From Clostridia bacterium (GTDB taxonomy: Bacteria; Bacillota; Clostridia; Christensenellales; UBA1242): a stretch of DNA of 64,000 nt. The translations under genes were made by a program, and so were the position numbers. Below the pieces are notes generated by a model, which was given only the letters and a program-made list of their open reading frames with translations, was not told the origin of the DNA and did no database searches. Positions within the stretch are counted from its first letter, which is position 1, and every line of letters begins with the position of its first letter. Of the stretch, positions 8,029 to 17,371 are shown in pieces. The stretch lies in NCBI GenBank assembly GCA_009929275.1, contig SAAW01000002.1, positions 3,171-67,170 on the forward strand, given 5' to 3'.

Positions 8029-8204
8029 TTTTATAAAAAAATTTTATAATAAAATCAAAAATATATTCTAACATTAATAATTCTCTTAAAATATAATATA
8101 TTACCTATTTAACAACAAATGTCATTGCATATTCATATTACTTGACATTTTAAGAAAAAATATGTTATTTTTTGTTATAAAAAAATATTAAAAGAAGATG
8201 AAAT

Positions 8205-9620
8205 ATGAAATTATTTAATTCCCTCACAAGAACAGTTGAAAAATTTGTGCCAAAAGACAAGAATGAAGTGAAAGTCTACACCTGCGGACCAACTGTGTAT
8301 AACTTTGCTCACATTGGCAATCTTCGCACATATTTGATGGAAGACATTCTCATCAAAACCTTAAAATATAACGGATATAAGGTAAAGCGGGTTATGAACA
8401 TAACAGATGTCGGGCATCTTTCAAACGACAGTGACGATGGCGAAGACAAAATGCTCAAAGGGGCAAAAAGAGAGAATAAATCTGTTGAAGAAATTGCACT
8501 TTTCTATACAGATGCTTTTTTTAAAGACCTTAAAGATTTGAATGTTTTGATGCCTGATGTCATCGAACCTGCCACGCATTGCATTGATAGCTTCATCAAA
8601 GTCATCAGCGGGCTCATTGAAAAGGATTTTGCCTATTTGTCTGGCGGAAATGTCTATTTTGACACTTCAAAAGTTGACAAATATCACATTTTTTATAATT
8701 TTAAGCAAGAAGACCTTGGGGTGGCTGTGCGCGAAAGCGTCACCGACGATGAAAACAAAAAGAATAAGAATGATTTTGCTTTATGGTTCACCAATTCAAA
8801 ATTTGAACATCAAGCGCTTGTATGGGACAGTCCTTGGGGCGTGGGATATCCTGGCTGGCACATCGAATGCTCTTGCATTGCGATGAAGCACCTCGGCGAC
8901 TATGTCGACATTCACTGCGGTGGCATCGACAATGCTTTCCCTCACCACACAAATGAAATCGCACAAAGCGAAGCATATCTTGGTCACGAATGGTGCCACA
9001 CTTGGATGCACGTTATGCACCTTCAGACTCAAAGCGGAAAAATGAGCAAGTCAAGTGGCGAATTTCTCACTCTAACTGTTTTTAAACAAAAAGGTTACAC
9101 TCCAATGCAATACCGCTATTTCTGCCTTGAATCACACTATCGCAAGCCTTTGATTTTTTCATATCAAATCATAGATAATTCGGTTAATTCATACAAAAAG
9201 TTGCTTCAACGCATATCAAATTTGAAATTTGAAGGCGAGATTCAAAAAGAGAGTTTTAAAGCATACAAAACAAAATTTAAAGATGCAATAAATAACGATT
9301 TAAAAACATCTTTGGCCCTCAAAGTGCTTTTTGATGCTTTAAAAGACGGCTCAATAAGTGACAAAACAAAACTTGCCATTGTGAAAGATTTCGACAGTGT
9401 TTTGTCTCTCGACCTTCTCTCAAATGAAGAGGAAAATGTTAAAAAATCTTATGGCACGACTTCTCTCTCAGATGAGGAGATTTTAAAACAAATTGGTGAA
9501 CGCCAAACTGCCAAGAAAAACAAAGACTATGCACAAGCCGACTCCATTAGAAACGCACTTTCTTCTGAAGGAATAATTCTCATAGACACACCAAACGGCA
9601 CGATTTTCACGAGAAATTAA
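8205..9620 (+). CDS. cysS: Cysteine--tRNA ligase
   Basis: 471 aa. Contains the class I motifs HIGN (FAHIGNLRTY) and KMSKS, plus the WHIECS zinc site. Confidence 0.95.
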   Translation: MKLFNSLTRTVEKFVPKDKNEVKVYTCGPTVYNFAHIGNLRTYLMEDILIKTLKYNGYKVKRVMNITDVGHLSNDSDDGEDKMLKGAKRENKSVEEIALFYTDAFFKDLKDLNVLMPDVIEPATHCIDSFIKVISGLIEKDFAYLSGGNVYFDTSKVDKYHIFYNFKQEDLGVAVRESVTDDENKKNKNDFALWFTNSKFEHQALVWDSPWGVGYPGWHIECSCIAMKHLGDYVDIHCGGIDNAFPHHTNEIAQSEAYLGHEWCHTWMHVMHLQTQSGKMSKSSGEFLTLTVFKQKGYTPMQYRYFCLESHYRKPLIFSYQIIDNSVNSYKKLLQRISNLKFEGEIQKESFKAYKTKFKDAINNDLKTSLALKVLFDALKDGSISDKTKLAIVKDFDSVLSLDLLSNEEENVKKSYGTTSLSDEEILKQIGERQTAKKNKDYAQADSIRNALSSEGIILIDTPNGTIFTRN

Positions 9621-9681
9621 ACTTAAAATTAAGCATAAAAAACATTCTATTTTGACAAAAAATAATTCACAAATTAAAATA

Positions 9682-10653
9682 TTAAACTCTTGAATTGAGC
9701 CTATAAAACAGGTTCAAAAGTTCATAATTAAAGTTATACTCTGCACTTAGTGCTTTATCCAATTCCACATCAAAAACATTGTTATCTTTGATTCCAATTG
9801 CTCTGTTTTTAACGCCATTTTCAAGCAAGTCGATTGCTCTGACACCAAATTGCATTGCAAGAGTTTTGTCTTCCACAGAGGGTTCTCCTCCTCGTTGAAT
9901 ATAGCCCACAATTGAATATTTAATCTCCATTTTTGCCACTTTTGAAAGTTTTTCGGCAAGTTCTTTAACATCAAACATTTTCTCTGCAATCACTATTGTT
10001 GGAGGTCTGTGAAGATTTTTTAGGCACCAAAGTGTTTTGTCTATAATTTCCTTTTCACTCACAGGTTTTTCAGGCACTGCCACGATGTCGCAAGCGGTTG
10101 CCGACGCTGTGTAGAGAGCAATATCCCCACAATATCTGCCCATCACTTCAAACACAACGCCTCTGTCCATGGCGTCCATTGTCTGCTTAACATTTTCGAT
10201 GAATTTGCAAGCATTATTCACCGCAGTGTCAAAACCCAAGCATTTGTTTGTGTAACGCAAATCATTGTCAATCGTGCCGGGGAGGCAGATGACATTAACG
10301 CCCTTGCTCATCAAAAGTTTGGCACCTTTATATGAGCCATCGCCCCCGATAATTATGAGGGCGTCAATATGCTTTGATTTGATATTGCTGACGCATTTGT
10401 CCAGCACTTTCTCATCTTTAAATTCAGGAAATCTTGATGTCTTTAAAATTGACCCGCCAAGCGAAGAAATATTTTCCACTTCCTCCAAACCCAGTTCCAC
10501 AAAATTATTGTCAAAAAGCCCTTTAAAACCTTTCAAAACTCCAAGGATTTTGATGTCTTTCCTCTGAGCAACTCGCACCAAAATGTTGATTGTCACATTC
10601 ATTGCCTGACAGTCGCCACCACTTGTTAAGACTGCAACTTTTTTTACTTCCAT
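9682..10653 (-). CDS. pfkA: ATP-dependent 6-phosphofructokinase
   Basis: 323 aa. Contains the GGDGS, PGTIDND and MGRYCGDIAL motifs. Confidence 0.93.
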   Translation of the reverse strand: MEVKKVAVLTSGGDCQAMNVTINILVRVAQRKDIKILGVLKGFKGLFDNNFVELGLEEVENISSLGGSILKTSRFPEFKDEKVLDKCVSNIKSKHIDALIIIGGDGSYKGAKLLMSKGVNVICLPGTIDNDLRYTNKCLGFDTAVNNACKFIENVKQTMDAMDRGVVFEVMGRYCGDIALYTASATACDIVAVPEKPVSEKEIIDKTLWCLKNLHRPPTIVIAEKMFDVKELAEKLSKVAKMEIKYSIVGYIQRGGEPSVEDKTLAMQFGVRAIDLLENGVKNRAIGIKDNNVFDVELDKALSAEYNFNYELLNLFYRLNSRV

Positions 10654-10671
10654 ATTGTTCTCCTTTATTTT

Positions 10672-13600
10672 TTACATAAATTTTATATTATTTTCATCAA
10701 TAATCGCATTGAGTTCATTGATTAGATAATTGTTTGGATTGACTAAAAGATTGAGTTTGAACGGCTTGTTTGTGCTTGCACACCTGATCATCACGGGGAT
10801 TTTGCCTGGATAATTTTTGAGAATGGTGAGAATGTTTGCGTGAAGCACACTATCTTGTGTGTCATATTTCAAATATAAAGTCTTTGTGGCTTCTGCTTTC
10901 ATCGTCTGTTCGTCAAGAAAAACAACTCTGTCTGCAATAATAAGAAAACTTTTATCGTCGCGAATGGATACTTTGCCGTGAATTTTAACAAGTGCATCTT
11001 CCACGATTTTGCCCAAATTTTTTGCATAGACGGCAGGAGTTATCATCACTTCAAACGTGCCAAACAAATCTTCAACTTTCAAAATTGCCATTTCCTTGTT
11101 GCCTGCTTTTGTGAAAATCTTTTTGACCTCTTCAATGCTTCCGCCACACCAAACAATGTCATCATTTTTGACACTTTCATTTTCCAAAATATCCGCGTCA
11201 AAAACTTCTTCTTCTGCGTCTAACGTTTCTTCGCTACCATTTGAAATCATACTTGCGTTAAAGGTGAAACTGTTGAATTCGTCCATAAAATTGTCGAGCG
11301 GATGCCCTGAAAGGTAGATGCCCATCACTTGTTTTTCAAATTTTAATTTTGTTTGTTTTGTGTATTCTTTAATGTCTGGGATTTCAATAAAACTCTTTTT
11401 TGTATTTGAAAACGCTTCGTCAAAAAGAGTTGTCTGCCCGGGCAATTTTGTCTTGTTATCTTTTGACACGGTGTCCATAACATTTTCATAAATACTCATC
11501 ATTTGGGAACGTTTGAGTGAAAAACAATCGCAAGCACCAGCCAAAATGAGGCTTTCAAGGCATCTTTTGTTCAAACACTTACCTTGTGTTCTCTCCACAA
11601 AATCGTAGAAATCTGAGTATTCGCCTTTTTCGTTTCGCTCTTTCACAATCTCGTCCACAACCGAAATTCCCACATTTTTAAGGGCAGCCATTCCAAAACG
11701 TATTTTGTTATCTTCCACGCTAAAATATGTCTCGCTTTTGTTGACATCTGGTGGCAAAACAGCAATATTATTTTGCCTTGCATAAACAATATATTTTTTT
11801 ATTTCGTCGATAATAGTTATTCGGTTGTTTAACACCGCCACCAAAAATTCCACGGGATAGTAGCATTTTAGATAGCCCGTTTGATAGGAAAGATAGGCAT
11901 ATGCGGCGGCGTGAGATTTGTTGAAAGCATATTTTGCAAAATCTTCCATATCTGCAAAAACTTTCCTCGCAACCTCTTCACTCACACCTTTTTTCAAAGC
12001 GCCGTCAATGCTTTTTTCTCCTTTTGGGTCTTTAAAACCATAGATAAATTTCACCTTTTCGGCTTCCATTTTGTCCACTTTTTTCTTGCCCATAATACGC
12101 CTGACCATATCGGCTTGTCCCAGCGAATAACCCGCCATTGCCTGCACAATTTGCATAACTTGTTCTTGATAGACAATGATGCCATAGGTTGCTTCCAAAA
12201 TAGGCTTCAAACAAGGGTCGTCATATTTAATTTTCTCTGGATTATGCTTGTTTGCGACATAGTCGTCGATATATTTCATTGGACCTGGGCGATAAAGCGA
12301 GATTCCAGCGATGATATCTTCCAAACTGTCTGGTCTTAACTTCTTCATAAAGCGTTTCATTCCGCCACCTTCAAGTTGAAAAATGGCGTCTGTGCTTCCT
12401 GAACCGATCAGTTTGAAAACTTCAATGTCATCATAGTCCATATTATAGAAATCAATGTCTTTATTATGAATTTGTTTAATGAGTTTAAGTGTTTTGTCGA
12501 TATCCGTCAAAGTCCTCAGCCCCAAAAAGTCCATTTTAAGAAGTCCCAAATCTTCGAGTTCGACCATAGAATATTGCGTCGCAATTTCGTCGCTATTTTT
12601 TGAGAGTGGCACAAATGTATCCACGGGCTTTGGTGCAATCAACACCCCGCAAGCGTGAGTGGAAGCCTGCCTTGGCATACCTTCAAGTTTTATGCTCATA
12701 TCAATGACTTTACGAATTTTTTCATTCTCTTCATATGCGCTTCTCAAAGTCGGAATGATGAATTTGTCGTTTTGTTTTTCGCCTGTCGTTCCAAAATAAT
12801 ATTTAAGAACAGGAGGTTTGCTGATGCCGTCGGGGAGTTTTAGCGGGATTTCCTTGCAAATCTTGTCCACTTCCGAAAGGGGAACATTAAGGACTCTGCT
12901 CACATCTCTAATGGCATTTTTTGCCGCCATTGTGCCAAAAGTTCCGATGAAAGCAACATTTTCTTCCCCATATTTTCTCTTCACATATTCGATAACTTCG
13001 TTCCGCCTGTTATAGCAAAAATCGACGTCAAAGTCGGGCATAGAAACTCTCTCACGGTGGATAAATCTTTCAAAAAGAAGATTATATTTGATTGGGTCGA
13101 CTCTTGTGATTCCTGTCGTATAAGCGACGATGCTTCCTGCTCCGCTTCCTCTGCCCGGGCCAACGGGAATGTTTTGCTTTCGTGCAAAATTTATGTAGTC
13201 CCACACAACAAGGAAATATTCAACGAATCCCTGTTCATTGATTAAATTAAGTTCAAAATCTGCTCTCTCTTGAATTTCGGGAGTTATAACTGGATATCTT
13301 TCTTTCAATCCGTCATAGCATAATTTTTTTAAAAAATTAAAAGATGTCATTCCTTCTGGGACATATTTTGGAATGAAATTTTCATTATCTTTTAGCGTGC
13401 AACCTTCTGGCATAAAATCTTTCAAATCTTTGTGGCTTTTTGCTTTAATGGTGACAAGGCATTTGTCGGCAATCTCTTGTGTTGCGTCGAGCGCTTCGGG
13501 ATATGCTCCCAACACTTCTTCCATTTCTTGCCTTGTTTTCACATAAAATTCGTCGGTGCCAAATTTCATTCTGTTTGTGTCGTCAATCAATCTGCCTGTG

Positions 13601-14265
13601 CCAATACATAAAAGGACGTCTTGCATTTCGGCGTCTTCTCTGTTGATATAATGACAATCGTTTGTGGCGACTGTCTTGACCCCCAAATCCTTGGCAAGTT
13701 TAGAAAGAGGTTCCAAAATTTCCATTTGTTCGCTCAAATGGTGGTTTTGAAGTTCTATGTAAAAATCTCCCTCATCAAACATATTTTTTAGTTTTAAACC
13801 TAAATTATATGCTTCATCATACTGTCTGTTTAGAAGCAGTTGAGAAATATGCCCCGCTAAACACCCGCTCAAACAAATAATTCCCTTTGCGTGCTTAGAG
13901 AGAACATCATAGTCAATTCGTGGCTTATAATAGAACCCTTCTCTGGAAGCAATCGCACTGAGTTTTAAAAGATTTTCATAGCCTTCGTTATTTTTTGCGA
14001 GCAGAACTATATGCCCCATATCGCTCTTATCTTCTTTGCGAAGTCTATTATATGTTATGTAAAATTCACAGCCTATTATGGGCTTGATTTTGTTTTTATA
14101 GCATTCAGAAAAAAACTGCAAGACACCCGCCATTGTGCCGTGGTCGGTGATAGCAACGGCATTTGCTCCTTGTTCTTTAACTGTTTTAATTAACTTTTTA
14201 ATTCTTGCTGCACCGTCAAGCAAACTATATTCTGTGTGAACGTGCAAGTGGACAAAATTCTTCAT
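10672..14265 (-). CDS. dnaE: DNA polymerase III alpha subunit, DnaE type
   Basis: 1,197 aa. Has an N-terminal PHP domain (HLHVHTEYSLLDGA) plus GPGRGSGAGSIVAY and PDFDVDF motifs. Confidence 0.95.
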   Translation of the reverse strand: MKNFVHLHVHTEYSLLDGAARIKKLIKTVKEQGANAVAITDHGTMAGVLQFFSECYKNKIKPIIGCEFYITYNRLRKEDKSDMGHIVLLAKNNEGYENLLKLSAIASREGFYYKPRIDYDVLSKHAKGIICLSGCLAGHISQLLLNRQYDEAYNLGLKLKNMFDEGDFYIELQNHHLSEQMEILEPLSKLAKDLGVKTVATNDCHYINREDAEMQDVLLCIGTGRLIDDTNRMKFGTDEFYVKTRQEMEEVLGAYPEALDATQEIADKCLVTIKAKSHKDLKDFMPEGCTLKDNENFIPKYVPEGMTSFNFLKKLCYDGLKERYPVITPEIQERADFELNLINEQGFVEYFLVVWDYINFARKQNIPVGPGRGSGAGSIVAYTTGITRVDPIKYNLLFERFIHRERVSMPDFDVDFCYNRRNEVIEYVKRKYGEENVAFIGTFGTMAAKNAIRDVSRVLNVPLSEVDKICKEIPLKLPDGISKPPVLKYYFGTTGEKQNDKFIIPTLRSAYEENEKIRKVIDMSIKLEGMPRQASTHACGVLIAPKPVDTFVPLSKNSDEIATQYSMVELEDLGLLKMDFLGLRTLTDIDKTLKLIKQIHNKDIDFYNMDYDDIEVFKLIGSGSTDAIFQLEGGGMKRFMKKLRPDSLEDIIAGISLYRPGPMKYIDDYVANKHNPEKIKYDDPCLKPILEATYGIIVYQEQVMQIVQAMAGYSLGQADMVRRIMGKKKVDKMEAEKVKFIYGFKDPKGEKSIDGALKKGVSEEVARKVFADMEDFAKYAFNKSHAAAYAYLSYQTGYLKCYYPVEFLVAVLNNRITIIDEIKKYIVYARQNNIAVLPPDVNKSETYFSVEDNKIRFGMAALKNVGISVVDEIVKERNEKGEYSDFYDFVERTQGKCLNKRCLESLILAGACDCFSLKRSQMMSIYENVMDTVSKDNKTKLPGQTTLFDEAFSNTKKSFIEIPDIKEYTKQTKLKFEKQVMGIYLSGHPLDNFMDEFNSFTFNASMISNGSEETLDAEEEVFDADILENESVKNDDIVWCGGSIEEVKKIFTKAGNKEMAILKVEDLFGTFEVMITPAVYAKNLGKIVEDALVKIHGKVSIRDDKSFLIIADRVVFLDEQTMKAEATKTLYLKYDTQDSVLHANILTILKNYPGKIPVMIRCASTNKPFKLNLLVNPNNYLINELNAIIDENNIKFM

Positions 14266-14268
14266 AAA

Positions 14269-15282
14269 TTACCCGTCTTTTTTTTCTTCATTGCCTATTT
14301 TTTTTGGTTTTCTGTCAATCCTCTCAGCAATTTTTATAAGTTTATTAAGTTGATGATTAATTCCACTTTTAGTTATATGTGTTGAGAGCATCTTTGTCAA
14401 GTTTTCGAGCGACTCATATGGATTTGAGAGTCTTACTAAACTTAATTCCTTCAAATTGTTTGGCAAAGACTCTAGCCCCACAGTAGATTTAATTTTTTTA
14501 ATCGCCACAACTTGCCTAAGTCCTGATTGCACTGATTTTGTTATGTTTGCATTAAGACAATTATTTTGCCTATTTATATTGTTTCTCACTTCACGAACTG
14601 TCATCTCATTTTGAAGTTTGAGTAGCCCACGAAAAGCACCAACAATGGCAAATAAGTCGCTTACTTTCTCTGCTTCTTTGATGTAGAGAATGAAAAGATT
14701 TTTCCTTTTACTCTTGCCATTTGTTATATTAAGTGAAAAAAGAAGATTTGAAAATTCAATGGCAAAAATTTCGTTTGTAAAAATAAATTCCCAATGATAA
14801 CCACAAAAAGTTCGTTTTTTTCTTTCTTTGTTATCGCCCAAAATTATGTTTGAAGTGGACGACGAAGCAAACACTCCTTTCACATAACTTTTGGCACAGC
14901 ACTCATTTTCAATTATATGCTCGTCCAGTCCCAAAACTAGCGAGGAGGAGTTGTCCATATTATATTTTGCCAGTCCGCAATCAAACAAAATCCTGCTTGT
15001 TAAATTTGCAGGCAGAGAAATGACATATCGCACTGCTTTATTGATGTTTGAGTCTGTGTCAATTCGCATCTCTGCATATTCGCCATAGAGGGTTTTGAGA
15101 CATTCGTTCACTTTTGCATAGACATTTTCGACGTCTGTTCTGAGTTCCACCGTTTGCGTCTCGCCATTTTTTGAAAGTTCGCCACAGGAATGAATAACGG
15201 CAGATAAAAACGACATTTTGCAACATTCATTTTCAATCGGCGCTTCCAAAACTTCGTTTTTCACTTCGTGTGCAAAAGACAT
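14269..15282 (-). CDS. whiA: DNA-binding protein WhiA
   Basis: 337 aa. Has a degenerate LAGLIDADG-like N-terminal half (FLSAVIHSCGEL, YVKGVFASSS) and a C-terminal HTH region. It sits in the conserved position after murB. Confidence 0.88.
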   Translation of the reverse strand: MSFAHEVKNEVLEAPIENECCKMSFLSAVIHSCGELSKNGETQTVELRTDVENVYAKVNECLKTLYGEYAEMRIDTDSNINKAVRYVISLPANLTSRILFDCGLAKYNMDNSSSLVLGLDEHIIENECCAKSYVKGVFASSSTSNIILGDNKERKKRTFCGYHWEFIFTNEIFAIEFSNLLFSLNITNGKSKRKNLFILYIKEAEKVSDLFAIVGAFRGLLKLQNEMTVREVRNNINRQNNCLNANITKSVQSGLRQVVAIKKIKSTVGLESLPNNLKELSLVRLSNPYESLENLTKMLSTHITKSGINHQLNKLIKIAERIDRKPKKIGNEEKKDG

Positions 15283-15293
15283 TTTTCCCCTCT

Positions 15294-16202
15294 TTACTCT
15301 AAAATTTCAATCTCTGTTTCTAGCATTATACCAAACTTTTCAAAAACTGTCTTTTTAATTTTGCAAATTAATTTTAAAACTTGTTTAAAGGTTGCTTTTC
15401 CATTTGTGTTTATTATGAAGCCACAATGTTTTTCTGAAATCTCGGCATTTTTATATTTTTGCCCTTTTAAGCCACACATTTCAATCAAAACAGGGGCATA
15501 GTTTTCCTTTGGTTTTTTGAAAACACTGCCCGCATTTAATGTGCCATATGGTTGAGATGAAAAACGCTTTGAAAAGATTTTTGTGCAAAGATTGTCAATG
15601 TTTTCAGGGGTATCTTTTTTGAGTTTTAAGACAACTTTCAATATTACATAGTTATTTTTTGAAAAAAAACTGTTTCTATAAGAAAAATCCAGCGACTTCA
15701 CATTTTTCCTAAATATTTTTTCGCCGTCGGTGTAATAAACATATTCAACTATATCTTTCATTTCTGAGCCAAAACTGCCCGCATTCATCTTCACACCGCC
15801 ACCCACTGTGCCGGGAATTCCATAACTCCACTCTAAGCCCGAAAGTCCATTTTTTATGGCAAAATGATTGAGAGAAAACATATTCACTCCCGCGCCACAG
15901 ATGATAAGATTATTTTTTGCACGAATGTTTTTAAGCGAGATTTTAAGCACAACTTTCTCGTGAATTTTGTCACTTGCAAGCAAGTTGCTTCCGTTGCCCA
16001 GCACAAAATAGTCCACTTTGTTTTTTTTGCAAATTGAGATTATTTTAAGCAGTTTGGTCACTTCTTTAATTTCAATGAAGGCCCGAATTTTTCCGCCTAT
16101 TTTAATGGTGGTCAAATTTTTGAAAGTCTGATTTTTCACAACATTAACAGTTGGTAAATTGGCCTTCATACTTTTAAAAAAATTATAAAAAGATTTTTCC
16201 AT
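15294..16202 (-). CDS. murB: UDP-N-acetylenolpyruvoylglucosamine reductase
   Basis: 302 aa. Contains VLGNGSNLL and GIPGTVGGGVKMNAGSFG motifs. Confidence 0.92.
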   Translation of the reverse strand: MEKSFYNFFKSMKANLPTVNVVKNQTFKNLTTIKIGGKIRAFIEIKEVTKLLKIISICKKNKVDYFVLGNGSNLLASDKIHEKVVLKISLKNIRAKNNLIICGAGVNMFSLNHFAIKNGLSGLEWSYGIPGTVGGGVKMNAGSFGSEMKDIVEYVYYTDGEKIFRKNVKSLDFSYRNSFFSKNNYVILKVVLKLKKDTPENIDNLCTKIFSKRFSSQPYGTLNAGSVFKKPKENYAPVLIEMCGLKGQKYKNAEISEKHCGFIINTNGKATFKQVLKLICKIKKTVFEKFGIMLETEIEILE

Positions 16203-16238
16203 AACCTTTTATATGCAAAAAACTCTTTTTAGTTTAGT

Positions 16239-17327
16239 TTAAAATAATTTTTCTTTTGAACAAGCCACATTTTGTGCCATATCTTCGACAGATATAAACG
16301 CGGAAACAGAAGAAAGTTCCTGCCTTAAAACATTTTCAAATTCGAGCATATATCCCTCGTTATATATGTTGTTTTTTAGAGTTGAGAAAAGTCCATAGTC
16401 CGAAAGGTCATTTTGAGAGTTTTCATCTGTCAAAAATTTGGCAAACTCTTTTGCATAAAGCATTTTTGCACTACTTCCACTTTCCACAACAGAAATGTAT
16501 TGCACAAGGTCAGAATAGTTTCCCAAAAATTTATAGTCGCACGCTCCCAAAGTGCCCAAATCTTCCCTGTTTTTACACCTTGCCAAATCACGCGCTGTGC
16601 CGAGAAGCGACTTTGTTTTTTTGCTTAAAAAATTTTTATAAGCGTCATAAGACGAACTCGTTTCCATAATGTCGCTTTCACTTAAAGTTATGCCATTTTG
16701 AAAGAGAACTTCCGCTCCATTAAAAGTGCTTGAAAGGGAAAGTCCTACAACATTTTTTACGGTGTCTGTTGTGACAAGTGAAGACAAATTTTCTTCTTCA
16801 AGAAGATATTTTTCATAGGAAATTAAGGTATATCCCGACAAAATGTAAGGATAGGCGAGCAGTTTTCCAAATTTTTTGCCATATTGCATAAGACAACTTC
16901 GTATTTGTGAATTTTCATCTAATTCGCTCAAAAAACCTTGGATATAACTTCCCACTCCCACTCCAAAAGAATAGAGGTCTGGCAGATTATTATTCCTAAT
17001 ATTGAGTGCAAGTTGGTCGGGCGAGAGAGTTTTTATGACAACAAAGCAGTTGTTATATTTTTTGTTAAACTTAAGTGCTTGTTTTTGAAGATAACTTGTT
17101 CGACTGTTTGTCCCACCCTCAAAAGTTTCGATATTATACAAAGTTAAGACGACTTTTGTGGAGTTTTCGAGGTTAAAATACTCGTTTAAATTAAGCTTAT
17201 AATTTTCTTTGTTAAAAAGATAAAATGGAGAAATTGCAAGAAATGTGACGCAAGAAAAACAAAAAAATATTTTTAGACTTTTTTTCAAATTTATTGTTTT
17301 TATTTTTTTAAAAAAATTAAACCGCAT
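16239..17327 (-). CDS. Hypothetical membrane-anchored extracytoplasmic protein, loosely solute-binding-protein-like
   Basis: 362 aa. N-terminal basic and hydrophobic segment (KKSLKIFFCFSCVTFLAISPF), then VVLTLYNIETFEGG...LPDLYSFGVGVG, which resembles type-2 periplasmic binding folds by eye only. The start is uncertain (see findings). Confidence 0.45.
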   Translation of the reverse strand: MRFNFFKKIKTINLKKSLKIFFCFSCVTFLAISPFYLFNKENYKLNLNEYFNLENSTKVVLTLYNIETFEGGTNSRTSYLQKQALKFNKKYNNCFVVIKTLSPDQLALNIRNNNLPDLYSFGVGVGSYIQGFLSELDENSQIRSCLMQYGKKFGKLLAYPYILSGYTLISYEKYLLEEENLSSLVTTDTVKNVVGLSLSSTFNGAEVLFQNGITLSESDIMETSSSYDAYKNFLSKKTKSLLGTARDLARCKNREDLGTLGACDYKFLGNYSDLVQYISVVESGSSAKMLYAKEFAKFLTDENSQNDLSDYGLFSTLKNNIYNEGYMLEFENVLRQELSSVSAFISVEDMAQNVACSKEKLF

Positions 17328-17345
17328 AAATATTTATATGCGGTT
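17310..17345 (-). terminator. Intrinsic terminator after uvrC, overlapping the next gene's start codon
   Basis: Minus strand reads AACCGCATA, 8-nt loop, TATGCGGTT (perfect 9-bp stem), then TAATTTTTTT. The ATG 17327 of the downstream ORF lies inside the 3' arm. Confidence 0.5.
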
Positions 17346-17371
17346 AATTCATCTTTTTAGGACAAGTTGGG

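Noticed and set aside
8024-8062. AT-only inverted repeat TTGATTTTAT...ATAAAATCAA after the 87-aa gene, considered as its terminator.
   Set aside because: The stem is all A-U and no U-tract follows on the plus strand. It cannot be distinguished from chance symmetry in AT-rich DNA.
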